Positions 1 to 9,711 are shown, numbered from the stretch's first letter. The stretch is DNA of 36,383 nucleotides from Octopus sinensis (GCF_006345805.1 NW_021824685.1:1-36383), one strand, 5' to 3'. Notes: generated by a model not told the origin, from the sequence alone. A program made the numbers and translations.

Positions 1-447
1 TACTGGTTATGATGATTAACTTGCAACAAACAATGTTGATTTATTAAAGTTTGTCTTCGTCGCTAGAATATGTAATCTTTACCAAACGACAAACATGATC
101 GGCTTCTCGTGAGAAGGGGAGATAATCACAAGATCCATGTATCCTCCAAAATCGGCATGCCATTATGGAAAGGAACGCCATTAGTGTCTGGAGAATAGAG
201 GTCAGTCCGCTGCACTTGGTTTTCGCTCAATAAGCTTCATCAGCACGATCGCCAAAGGAAAGTGGATTCCATTCGTTAATCACACCTCAATTTCTGAGAA
301 TTCTTGAAACGTGAGATTATCGACATTTCTAAGTGGGACACTGGTCATAATTGCCATTTTGTTAATCATTATAGAGCCCCGCTAGAAAGATTTTAGTGTA
401 TGTATATGGATGTAAGTATATAGAATTTTATTTACGACAATCAGTCT

Positions 448-495
448 CTTTCTACTCTGAGTTTCGCCTGTGGCTACAGAGGGTCTTCAGGTAAG
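448..495 (-). ncRNA. Degenerate type I hammerhead-like motif
   Basis: Minus strand reads CTTAC CTGAAGA ccctctgtagccacaggc GAAAC TCAGA GT A GAAAG. It has the CUGANGA and GAAA core, stem III ACT/AGT, a GUA triplet and stem I CTTAC/GAAAG with one mismatch. Stem II is imperfect (C.C at its base). Confidence 0.3.
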
Positions 496-1629
496 TCACG
501 GCTTTGTGCATCTAGAGGCAAAACGTAGAGAAGGAAATAAAACTGAGTGGACCAAAGTAATGTTATTTATCTCTCATATGTTATCGAGTATTCTGTCTCC
601 CAACAGTCAACAGTAAACGGATATATGTACACGTGCGCGCACCCACTCAATCGCTCACGCACGCAAAACAATACTCACACACACAAACACACACATACAC
701 ACACCAACGTACACGCATACACGTATCTACACATAAAACCATCAGCATCTTTGCGCAGTCGTGTCGTTCCTCGTCTACTCATGCTAAATGATCTATGCAT
801 AACATTGTATGTAAATACATTTATACAAAGATAAATATACTAGCATTCAAATAAAAGCTTACGCACACATACCCTCATACAGACTCAGCTACACACACAC
901 ACACACACACTCACACAGTTATATCCTCTGAACAACATTACACACATTGTGTTTGATGTTTGCACTTTCGTATATTTAAACATTTAGCCAATATCATCTA
1001 ACACGCAATGACACTTTCATGTAAAAATCAGGTAATATTTTTCTGGTAACACCTGACATACCGTACAGAAAACCAACGATGAGAATTTGCCTTCCAAGTA
1101 ACTATGTAAGATTACAAAGGTTGAATTCTATGCTATCCTATATGTGTACACATACAATCACACAAGCGTACAAAGACACTCTAATATACAGGCACTTAAC
1201 AGAGAGAAAGACAAACAGATAGAGTTACTTACGCATATATAGACATTCCTTTCATTTTCATGCCATTCATTTACACCTTTACGTCACCGCATTTATCTTG
1301 TTAATATAGCTTCGAGATTTTATGTTTTCGCTTTCGCTTTTCTATATTTTGTTTCGCTTTCCTATTTTTGCTTGCATGTCGAAATTCTGTTCGTATTCCC
1401 TGATGTCGTCAAAGTTAATAGGTTTTGCAAAGTAAAGCAAAACAAGAGGCAGGTTTGAAAATTCGTATTATCCAACGATAATTAATATAATGGCTTCACT
1501 GCTTCAACAATCACATTCTCACTCTATCCATTCCTCCTCGTTATATATTTTTGCAGTCTCTCACTTTCTCTACACAGCTGTTCACTCGTCTCTATCTTAC
1601 TATCGTCCGTCTTTTTAATTACCTGCCTA

Positions 1630-1664
1630 TATATGTATATGTAAATATGTTATTGTATATATTG

Positions 1665-1763
<99 letters not shown>

Positions 1764-1950
1764 ACCTATATACATATATATGCATATATATATGTATATA
1801 TATATATGTATATATGTATGTATATATATATGTGTGTATATATATAGATATACATATATATATATATAGTATAAATTTTGTGTATGTATGTACGTGTATA
1901 CATACACACACACACGAACACATACACACACATGTATATATATATATATA
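1630..1950. repeat. Compound (TA)n/(TG)n/(CA)n microsatellite
   Basis: Direct dinucleotide runs; source of the YI-rich spurious ORFs. Confidence 0.95.
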
Positions 1951-2644
1951 TGAGAGAGGTGACAGACAGACAGACAGATAGAGTGGGTGAAAGAGAAAGG
2001 AGGGGAAGAGAGAGTAAGACTGGGAGAATTGAAGAAAGAGACACACGCAAGTATGAGTGAGTAGCAAAGAAGTTCGCTTCAAAGCAGAAGAGTCCTGTTT
2101 CGATCATAAGCCAGAGCAGCTCGGTTAAATGCACCCATCATACCTAAACAAACTCATACAAATATTTGAGTGTGCTTCAGGGAGTGCATATGATTGAGTG
2201 CCGGGGTGAGTTGGCTTTTGTGTTTGTTTTTCATTAACAGCATTAGAAATACCCTGAGCCAGAGAATGCCACATTAGATTCCTATATTTTACGACGCTTC
2301 AGTATTTACGACAAAAATCAAAACAAATATTATTTACTTCATACAGGTGGACAGAAAAAAGAAAAGCACCCATATGTGGATGCTAATCGAGAATGTAGTG
2401 AGAATGCTATAAACTTTATAATACTAGTTTCGTTTTCAATATTGATTCCTGTAAATTTTCCAATGAATATCTCCAACGAAAAAAAAAATCTATCTTTTCG
2501 TCTTGGATAGTGTTTGTATATTTGTATGCAAAGACCTTTCACATACACACAATTATTTGTGCCTTTTTCTCTTATGTATAATTTCATTCGGCAGTGGGGC
2601 TCGCATTCAGGAGTTTCAGGGTTTTGAAGTGTGTGAAAACACAA

Positions 2645-3110
2645 CTTATTCACTAGACTTCCCAGGTCTTCTCTGACCCGGAGTTGTACCATTGTCAGAA
2701 TAACTGTAATGGCTTCATTAGCAGGATGTGGAAGAAACGAAACTTCTCTGCTCAGCAAAAGGAAAAAGCTAAAGGAGCCAACCTCGAGCGCAACACAAGA
2801 GAGTGAAAGACTGCCGGTGGTTCGGAGCCCTCTTAGCACCCTTCCGGTAGGTCCAGTGTAGTTGAAGATCTCCAACCGTGTAAGGCAATTCGCCTCAGAA
2901 AAGCCACTGGTGACAACCTGCTGGAAACTACATCCGTCCGAGCCTGCTGAGGCATTATGGTCCAAGCTCTCAGTTTAAAGAATGAGAACATATTGTGCTG
3001 ACTGAGGCAAGAAAAGATCTTGGGCGTCAAGGATCGGTTTACAATGGCACTTGAGGAGGAGCCTCTCTTCGTCATGATTCTCGGACCTGAAGAAACTGCC
3101 ATCATCATCA
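2645..3110 (+). mobile_element. Decayed 3' end of an RTE-clade LINE
   Basis: Broken plus-strand frames give RLP/QVF..EL (~2655-2690) and TYCAD*GKKRSWASRIGLQWHLRR (~2987-3060), resembling the RTE C-terminal CxxC..SRIGLxSHxR knuckle. It ends in a (CAT)n tail. Many stops and frameshifts. Confidence 0.5.
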
Positions 3111-3132
3111 CCTCTCTCTCTATCTCTCACAT

Positions 3133-3352
3133 GAATGGAAGCACTCCGTCGGTTACGACGACGGAGAGGGTTCCGGTTGATCCGAATCAACGGAACAGCC
3201 TGCTCGTGAAATTAACGTGTAAGTGGCTGAGCACTCCACAGACACGTGTACCCTTAACGTAGTTCCCGGGGATATTCAGCGTGACACAGGGAGTGACAAG
3301 GCCGGTCCTTTGAAATACAGGTACAACAGGTACTCTTTCACCACAACTTTCA

Positions 3353-3355
<3 letters not shown>
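3133..3355 (-). mobile_element. 5'-truncated tRNA-derived SINE (tail type A) with an inverted 5' segment
   Basis: 3133-3329 is the reverse complement of the 3' half of the SINE at 5202-5570. 3330-3351 (GTACTCTTTCACCACAACTTTC) is the SINE mid-body in the opposite orientation. Confidence 0.9.
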
Positions 3356-3384
<29 letters not shown>

Positions 3385-3847
3385 AACACACACACACACA
3401 AACACCACACATGCATGCATTCTAGCTGTTGTACGCACTTCTTTCAATCAATCCAGAAAGGTCTCTGCAACCACCGGATGATGCAACTGCCCTTAGAAAT
3501 TGCATTTATATACCATAAAACGCCCCACCCCCAACACTCTGGAAATCAGCTGATTAGTTGGAACCCCGCCAGTTTTAACTCCTGCTGGTCACATGTGTGC
3601 TTCACTCTTGAAGCCTATTTGAAACAGGTCGGGCAATGACTGAAACTATCCTTCATCATTAATATAGCAAAAAATGTCCACTGCCTAAGATCATCCATCT
3701 CGTTCAATTATGTTTTGTGGTGAGGAGGATGTCTCGGCAACGAGCAATTCATGCAAAAACTATCTAAATTCACTCCCCAACACCAACAACAGGGTAACAT
3801 CCGACCAGTGAAACAACACCTACAATGTCAATATTCAAAAGCGTATA

Positions 3848-4081
3848 TAAATCTTTACTACATACAAGGGGTGAAACACAGATGGGACAAACAAGAACAG
3901 ACAAACGGATTAAGTCGATTACATCGACACCAGTGCGTAACTGGTACTTAATTTATCGACACCGAAATGATGAAAGGCAAAGTCGACTTTGGCGGAATTT
4001 GAACTCGGAACGTAACGACAGACGAAATACAGCCACGCATTTCGCCCAGCGTGCTAACGTTTCTGCCAGCTCGCCGCCCTA
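3848..4081 (-). mobile_element. Meta/MESC-domain-like SINE, full monomer
   Basis: Head GGCGGCGAGCTGGCAGAAACGTTAGC and central CCTTTCATC...TCGATAAATTAAGTACCAG on the minus strand. Perfect 18-bp TSD AATATTCAAAAGCGTATA at 3830-3847 and 4082-4099. Confidence 0.9.
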
Positions 4082-4100
4082 AATATTCAAAAGCGTATAA

Positions 4101-4290
4101 GTGAGGCCAGCTGATAGAACCGTTTGCACGACGAACAAATGCTTAACGGCATTTCGTCCGTCTTTGAGACTTGGAGATTTTCATCCTTTTGGGGGTCGAT
4201 AAAAATAAGTGCCAGTTGAGCACAGGTTCCAATGTAGTCGAGTTGCTCCCAGCTCGGAAATTGCTGGCTTTGTGCCAAAATTTGAAACCA
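4101..4290 (+). mobile_element. Older, diverged Meta-like SINE
   Basis: Degenerate head (GCCAGCTGATAGAACCGTT), central TTTCATCCTTTTGGGGGTCGATAAAAATAAGTGCCAG, and a different tail (TTGTGCCAAAATTTGAAACC). Confidence 0.7.
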
Positions 4291-4744
4291 ATATTTAAAA
4301 GCGTAAAAGATCAATTCCTGCATCTTACAACTCTCAACCATCCTGCATTCCAAATAAGAGCCGTTACTTTTGTTGATCCTTTGCCAAAACAATTTTCCAT
4401 AAATTTCCAGAAACCCCTCAGCCACTACATTACAAAATATGCGATTTCAGTGATGATAAACTTAGCAAGTGGGTGCCAGTGAGTACATGCTACTGGTGAG
4501 GTTGAAAGAGGCCGAAATGCGTATCTAACATGGTTACTGCAGAGAATGGATAACTTTCGTCTGCTACCGATATATTTCTATTTTTAAACACAGAAAGTAC
4601 ATAAGAGATATTATCTCGGGATGAATGGTGCAGTTTGCTTTTCATTATTTATTCGCATTAAATATGACGCACAGATAGCTATTTTAAATTAATGCTTGCA
4701 TACATACATACATATATATACATACATACATACATACATATATA

Positions 4745-4783
<39 letters not shown>

Positions 4784-4810
4784 GACCTTATTTTAAATGC
4801 TTTCAAGGTC

Positions 4811-4910
4811 TATAAAATTAGTACCACCTAGGCACTAGGGGTCGACGTAATCCACTTAATCCGCTCCTCCGAAGTTACTGAACTTGTTCTAAATGTTGGA
4901 ACCAAGACTT
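4811..4910 (+). mobile_element. Meta-like SINE 3' fragment
   Basis: ATAAAATTAGTACCAC..GCACTAGGGGTCGACGTAATCCAC matches the family body. Confidence 0.5.
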
Positions 4911-5201
4911 ATGTCTAAAAATGGAATCAGTTTGCTTAAACTGTTATTTGTACTTTACGGAAAACGCTTTAACTTTCAAATTACCGTAGGTAAGTCAAAT
5001 CTACTTATTTGTTGCCTTATGCGTGTGTGTATGCATAAGCACAGTTGCACATGTATAAGTGCAATTATACAAACATATATGCATACAAACACTTGCACCG
5101 CGTAAGAGTCAAGTTGTGAGTGATTGAGGAAGATCGAACTGCGCATGCACTGTACTAGTACATATACTGTAACTGCTGTGAGAACTATGATAATGGGAAA
5201 T

Positions 5202-5570
5202 TGTGGAGCCGCAATGGCCCAGTGGTTATGGCAGCGGACTCGCGGTCATAGGATCGCTGTTTCGATTCCCAGACCGGGCGTTGTGAGTGTTTATTGAGCC
5301 AAAACACCTAAAAGCTCCACGACGCTCCGGCAGGAGATGGTGGTGATCCCTGCTGTACTCTTTCACCACAACTTTCTCTCACTCTTACTTCCTGTTTCTG
5401 TTGTACCTGTATTTCAAAGGGCCGGCCTTGTCACTCTCTGTGTCACGCTGAAGGGTGCACGTGTCTGTGGAGTGCTCAGCCACTTACACGTTAATTTCAC
5501 GAGCAGGCTGTTCCGTTGATTCGGATCAACCGGAACCCTCATCGTCGTAACCGATGGAGTGCTTCCATCC
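5202..5570 (+). mobile_element. tRNA-Arg-like SINE, tail type A (OR-family-like)
   Basis: A box TGGCCCAGTGG, B box GTTTCGATTCC, anticodon-like GACTCGC. 10-bp TSD AATGGGAAAT at 5192-5201 and 5571-5580. It has a ~21-bp internal deletion relative to the 16463-16861 copy. Assignment to the published octopus OR1/OR2 names was not verified. Confidence 0.9.
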
Positions 5571-5977
5571 AATGGGAAATAATCTACCTTACTCACGGAC
5601 GCAAGGTGCCGCATCGTCCAGAAATGTAAACCAAGATGTTATGATCATGAACCATATACGTTATTCACTTGGCCAAACAATCTGAATGTCTTTGTAAAAA
5701 CTTGAATTATAATTGTTAGAATCAAAATATTGGACGAATATCAGATGTAAAGTTGACATGTTCTTAATTAGTATCAAGTGCCAAAGGTTCAACGGGTGAA
5801 ATGTGAAGACTTAAGAAGTAATTTAAGGATTAGGTCTATATATATATATATGAAATATTATATTGGGAAAAGTTCCCAAATCTATAAATCTATCTATCAT
5901 TCTATCAATCTATAATATCTATTCCACTCTCTCATAATAATCATACATCCACATACTACTACTACATACATACATAC

Positions 5978-6039
<62 letters not shown>

Positions 6040-6256
6040 TATAGGTATGTATGTATACACGCACACATATATTTATAATAGTATCAACATAAGGTGCATT
6101 CTAGATTTAACATCTTACTCCAGGCGGGTACAAAATTATATTTTAGCACACACACGAAGACTCTTATACACTTATGAACACGAACACAGCCACCCAAGCG
6201 CAGGTGATGTAACATTGCCCTGACATATAACTGCGTGTGTTAATACATATGTATAT

Positions 6257-7175
6257 GAGGCAGCTAGCTGGCAGAAACATTAGCACACCAGGCGAAATGC
6301 TTAGCGGTATTTCGTCTGCCGTTACGTTGTGAGTTCAAATTCCGTCGAGCTCGACTTTGCTTTTCATGCTTTCGGGGTCGATAAATTAAGTACCAGTTAC
6401 GCACTGGGATCGATGTAATCGACTTGATCCGTTTGTCTGTCCTTGTTTGTACCTTCTGTGTTTAGCCCCTTGTGGGTAGTAAAGAATTAAGAAACATTAG
6501 CGCACCAGGCGACATTACGTTGTGAGTTCAAATTCCGCTGATGTCAACTTTGCCTTTCATCCATCGGGGTCGATTAAATAAGTACCAGTTACGCACTGGG
6601 GTCGATATAATCGATTTAATCCGTTTGTCTGTCCTTGTTTGCCCTCTCTGTGTTTAGCCCCTTGTGGGTAGTAAAGATAAGATGTCGACTTTGCATTTTA
6701 TCCTTTCGGGGTCGATAAATTAAGTACCAATTACGAACTGGGGTCGATGTAATCGACTTAATACCTATGTCTGTCCTTGTTTGTCCCCCTCTATGTTTAG
6801 CCCCTTATGGGTAATAAAAAAGTAGGTATTTCGTCTGCCGCTACATTCTGAGTTCAAATTCCGCCCAGGTCAACTTTGCCTTTCAATATTTCGGGGTCGA
6901 TTAAATAAGTACCAGTTACGCACTTGTGTCGATATAATCGACTTAATCCGTTTGTCTGTCCTTGTTTGTTCCCTCCGTGTTTAGCCCCTTGTGGGTAGTA
7001 AAGAAATAGATATTTGGTCTGTCTTTACGTCTGGGTTCAAATTCCAGCGAGGTCGACTTTAATTTTCATCCTCACCGGGTCGATAAATTAATTGCCAGTT
7101 GCGTACCGGGATAGATCTTATCGACTGGTTCCGTCCCCGAGAATTTCGAGCCTTGTGGTCAGAGTAGAAAAGAAT
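6257..7175 (+). mobile_element. Head-to-tail pentamer of the Meta-like SINE
   Basis: Units at ~6257-6490, 6491-6680, 6681-6825, 6826-7009 and 7010-7175. Each has the GGGGTCGATAAA..AAGTACCAG-type body, and the last unit has a divergent tail. Confidence 0.9.
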
Positions 7176-7251
7176 ATATATATATGTATATATATATATA
7201 TGTATCTCTATATATAGTATGTATATATATATATGTATATATATGTATAAT

Positions 7252-7337
<86 letters not shown>

Positions 7338-7357
7338 CATAATATATACATACATAC

Positions 7358-7394
<37 letters not shown>
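7176..7394. repeat. (TA)n-rich microsatellite
   Basis: Direct observation. Confidence 0.95.
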
Positions 7395-7397
<3 letters not shown>

Positions 7398-7514
7398 CCT
7401 GCTCGCTTAGCCAGCGGGTGGTGGCGTCATTCGAAGGCTAAAACAATGTAAACGCATTGGGACCAGCGATGTGTAACTACATCTGATGGACTGGTCGGTC
7501 ACGTGATCACGTGA
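7395..7514 (+). mobile_element. Isolated tail (type B) of the tRNA-Arg-like SINE
   Basis: TGGCCTGCTCGCTTAGCCAG...CTGGTCGGTCACGTGAT aligns with the 3' part of the SINE at 29722-30033. Confidence 0.8.
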
Positions 7515-7653
7515 TATATATATATATATATCACAATCAAGGAACGGCCATAATAGGCCATTCACCCACTAGAAATAACAGCCAAAAGCTTTAACCGCAA
7601 AATAACATCAATTCCGTAAACCAGGAGAAAATTTAAAAAACATTTACCCTGTA

Positions 7654-7760
7654 ATTTCTTATACGATGCACCGTTTCGTCTACTGTTTAATGGTAAACTA
7701 ACCTGATTAAATTAAATCAAGCCAATCTACCATAGGCCCTTAGATTCATCAGTAAGAAAT
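7654..7760 (-). ncRNA. Type I hammerhead ribozyme, copy 1
   Basis: Reverse complement of 8314-8420 with the core intact; predicted cleavage between 7662 and 7661. Confidence 0.8.
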
Positions 7761-8313
7761 AGCCAAGTTGGAACAGATATTTTTCACGAGGCATTCTCGT
7801 CCCTGCCTCGGCAATATCTGACCTAAAATTTTCAAATCATCGCACTCGCGCCAAATTTATCGGCAGCAAATAAATATAAGCCGCCGATTCCATTACGGAA
7901 TTAACCAGAAAATTCATAATTAATCAATATAGGGTGGCAAAAAAAATTTTTTTAGAATTTTTTTGCCACCAGCGGCCTAGTGGGAAAAAATTAAATAGTC
8001 ATATACCATTTTTAAGTTAACAACATCAATCAATGAACGGCCATAATAGGCTTCACCCACTAGAAATAACAGCCAAAAGCTTTAACCGCAAAATACATCA
8101 ATTCCGTAAACCAGGAGAAAATTTTAAAAACATTTACCCTGTAATTTCTTATTGATTAATTATGAATTTTCTGGTTAATTCCGTAATGGAATCGGCGGCT
8201 TATATTTATTTGCTGCCGAAAATTTGGCGCGAGTGCGATGATTTGAAAATTTTAGGTCAGATATTGCCGAGGCAGACGAGAATCCTCGTGAAAAAATCTG
8301 TTCCAACTTGGCT

Positions 8314-8420
8314 ATTTCTTACTGATGAATCTAAGGGCCTATGGTAGATTGGCTTGATTTAATTTAATCAGGTTAGTTTACCATTAAACAGTAGACGAAA
8401 CGGTGCATCGTATAAGAAAT
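8314..8420 (+). ncRNA. Type I hammerhead ribozyme, copy 2
   Basis: ATTTCTTA (stem I, 8314-8321), CTGATGA (8322-8328), A-TCTA...TAGA-C (stem II), GAAA (8397-8400), C-GGTGCATC-GT (near-palindromic stem III), A8412, then TAAGAAAT (8-bp stem I partner). The triplet is GUA. The A10.1.C11.1 pair is non-canonical. Confidence 0.8.
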
Positions 8421-8671
8421 TACAGGGTAAATGTTTTTTAAATTTTCTCCTGGTTACGGAATTGATGTTATTTTGCGGTTAAAGCTTTTGGCTGTTATTT
8501 CTAGTGGGTGAATGGCCTATTATGGCCGTTCCTTGATTGTGATGTTGAACTTAAAAATGGTATATGACTATTTAATTTTTTCCCACTAGGCCGCTGGTGG
8601 CAAAAAAATTCTAAAAAAATTTTTTTTGCCACCCTATATTGATTAAATATATATATATATATATATATATA

Positions 8672-9711
8672 AATTAATCAAAATAAAATAAAAACATGAT
8701 GCGAAGGATTCAGCGGTTAATATGTTCGGGCCTTTATAGACAGATTTATAACAATGCATAATGTATGTCTGTGGCCTTCTTCAGCCGCGCACAACAGCTT
8801 CCACAAGGACATGTGTTACATCAAAAATTCTTGGGTGGGGATGCAAATCCTCTCATTCACACGTACGACATAATGCGGCAGCAGCATAGAATTGAAGAGG
8901 TCCATCTCTTTCTTCTCTCAATGTAGAATGAGGAAAATTGGATGTTGAGTAATGTAAATAATAAATACATATATAGAGGTGAAGATGGAGGGGCGAGAGT
9001 TCGGGACGAGTGATAAAAAATATATAAAAAGTGTAAGTATAGAAATAATAAAAATGTAGAGGATAAAGATATAAAGAGTTGTAAGGAGATGTAAAGGGGG
9101 TATAAAGAAATATAAGAAATATAAATAAATGTAAAGGCATAAGGTATAAAGTAAAAATATAAATAGAAATAAAAGTAAAAAAACCTGATAAAAAATGATA
9201 AAAGTGTAAAAGAATGTAAGATAAGGGATGTATAGAGGTTACGGACCAAGCATGGTGGTCAGGAGATTGATAAAATTTAGTTGTAGAATTGTCAGTAAAC
9301 CAACAGTTTCGTCTGGGGACTTAATGCGTTGTAAATCAGAGCTGATGAGCATTTAATCTGGTTCCTTGAATTAAATGGACTTCTAGTACATACATATCAT
9401 CATGGATACATACACCCACATACACGCGTACATATACGCCTCCAAGCCTATACGCATACACACGCACTCGCGTGTAAACACGTACATAAACACACACGCA
9501 CCCACACGCACGCGCGTACACACACATACATACAACAGAATATCCGCATATATACACGGACATTACGCGCGTACACGCTCACATGTATATACGCGCGCGT
9601 GTGTGTATGTAGACATACATTATGCATTGTTATAAATCTGTCTAATAAAGGCCCGAAACATATGTACCGCTGAATCCTTCGCATCACGTTTTTATTTTAT
9701 TTTAATTAATT
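8672..9711 (-). mobile_element. Penelope-like non-autonomous element or relic with an inverted partial terminal repeat
   Basis: 8672-8770 and 9611-9711 are ~100-bp inverted repeats containing the 3' half of an HHR. The interior is an asymmetric purine-rich tract plus simple repeats. An inverted partial LTR plus HHR is the known Penelope architecture. No RT or GIY-YIG ORF was seen. Confidence 0.6.
8713..8788 (-). ncRNA. Minimal-type hammerhead, mutated; intact 3' half at 9650-9670 (+)
   Basis: Minus strand: GCGG CTGAAGA A GGCC ... GGCC C GAAC ATAT TA A CCGC. The inverted copy at 9655-9670 reads GAAAC ATAT GT A CCGC, giving a palindromic stem III ACATATGT and stem I GCGG/CCGC. Confidence 0.65.

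Larger units (their letters stand above)
7530..8646. mobile_element. Non-coding ~490-bp hammerhead-bearing repeat; ~1.25 units plus one inverted unit (Penelope pLTR-like or retrozyme-like)
   Basis: Segments run A(7530-7661) B(7662-7928) C(7929-8027) A'(8028-8151), then rc(B) rc(A) rc(C) to 8646. Period is 493 bp on the left (GAACGG at 7542 and 8035) and 487 bp on the right (ATTGATTAA at 8151 and 8638). The array is flanked by (TA)n, has one HHR per unit and no credible ORF. Confidence 0.8.

Noticed and set aside
205-252. CTGATGA-stem-GAAA core on the minus strand
   Set aside because: Stem II is good, but no matching stem I or valid stem III/UH could be found. Mentioned only as context.
2339-2965. 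208-aa minus-strand ORF
   Set aside because: It is antisense to the RTE relic and has no recognisable domain.
5205-5280. tRNA-Arg gene
   Set aside because: A and B boxes are present, but the sequence continues into a SINE body with TSDs and has no proper acceptor stem. The same applies at 14122, 16790-16860 and 29725.
6257-7175. CRISPR-like or ribozyme-containing array
   Set aside because: Units are whole SINE bodies without unique spacers, and no CUGANGA/GAAA core occurs on either strand.
7530-8151. Pure sequencing or assembly artefact for the inverted array
   Set aside because: Not excluded: differences between arms are mostly 1-nt indels, as in long-read error. However, a missed-adapter foldback would give an exact mirror (ABCA' then rc of A'CBA), which is not the pattern seen. 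Needs read-level checking.
7929-8640. Reading C-A'...rc(A)-rc(C) as a foldback MITE with ~225-bp TIRs
   Set aside because: It does not explain the upstream A-B copy, the B-C junction repeated at 8638-8646, or the HHR-coincident breakpoint.
9300-9385. CTGATGAG followed by the hairpin CATTTAAT/ATTAAATG, and GTC-ccca-GAC-GAAAC on the minus strand
   Set aside because: Each lacks the other half of the hammerhead core in the required order.
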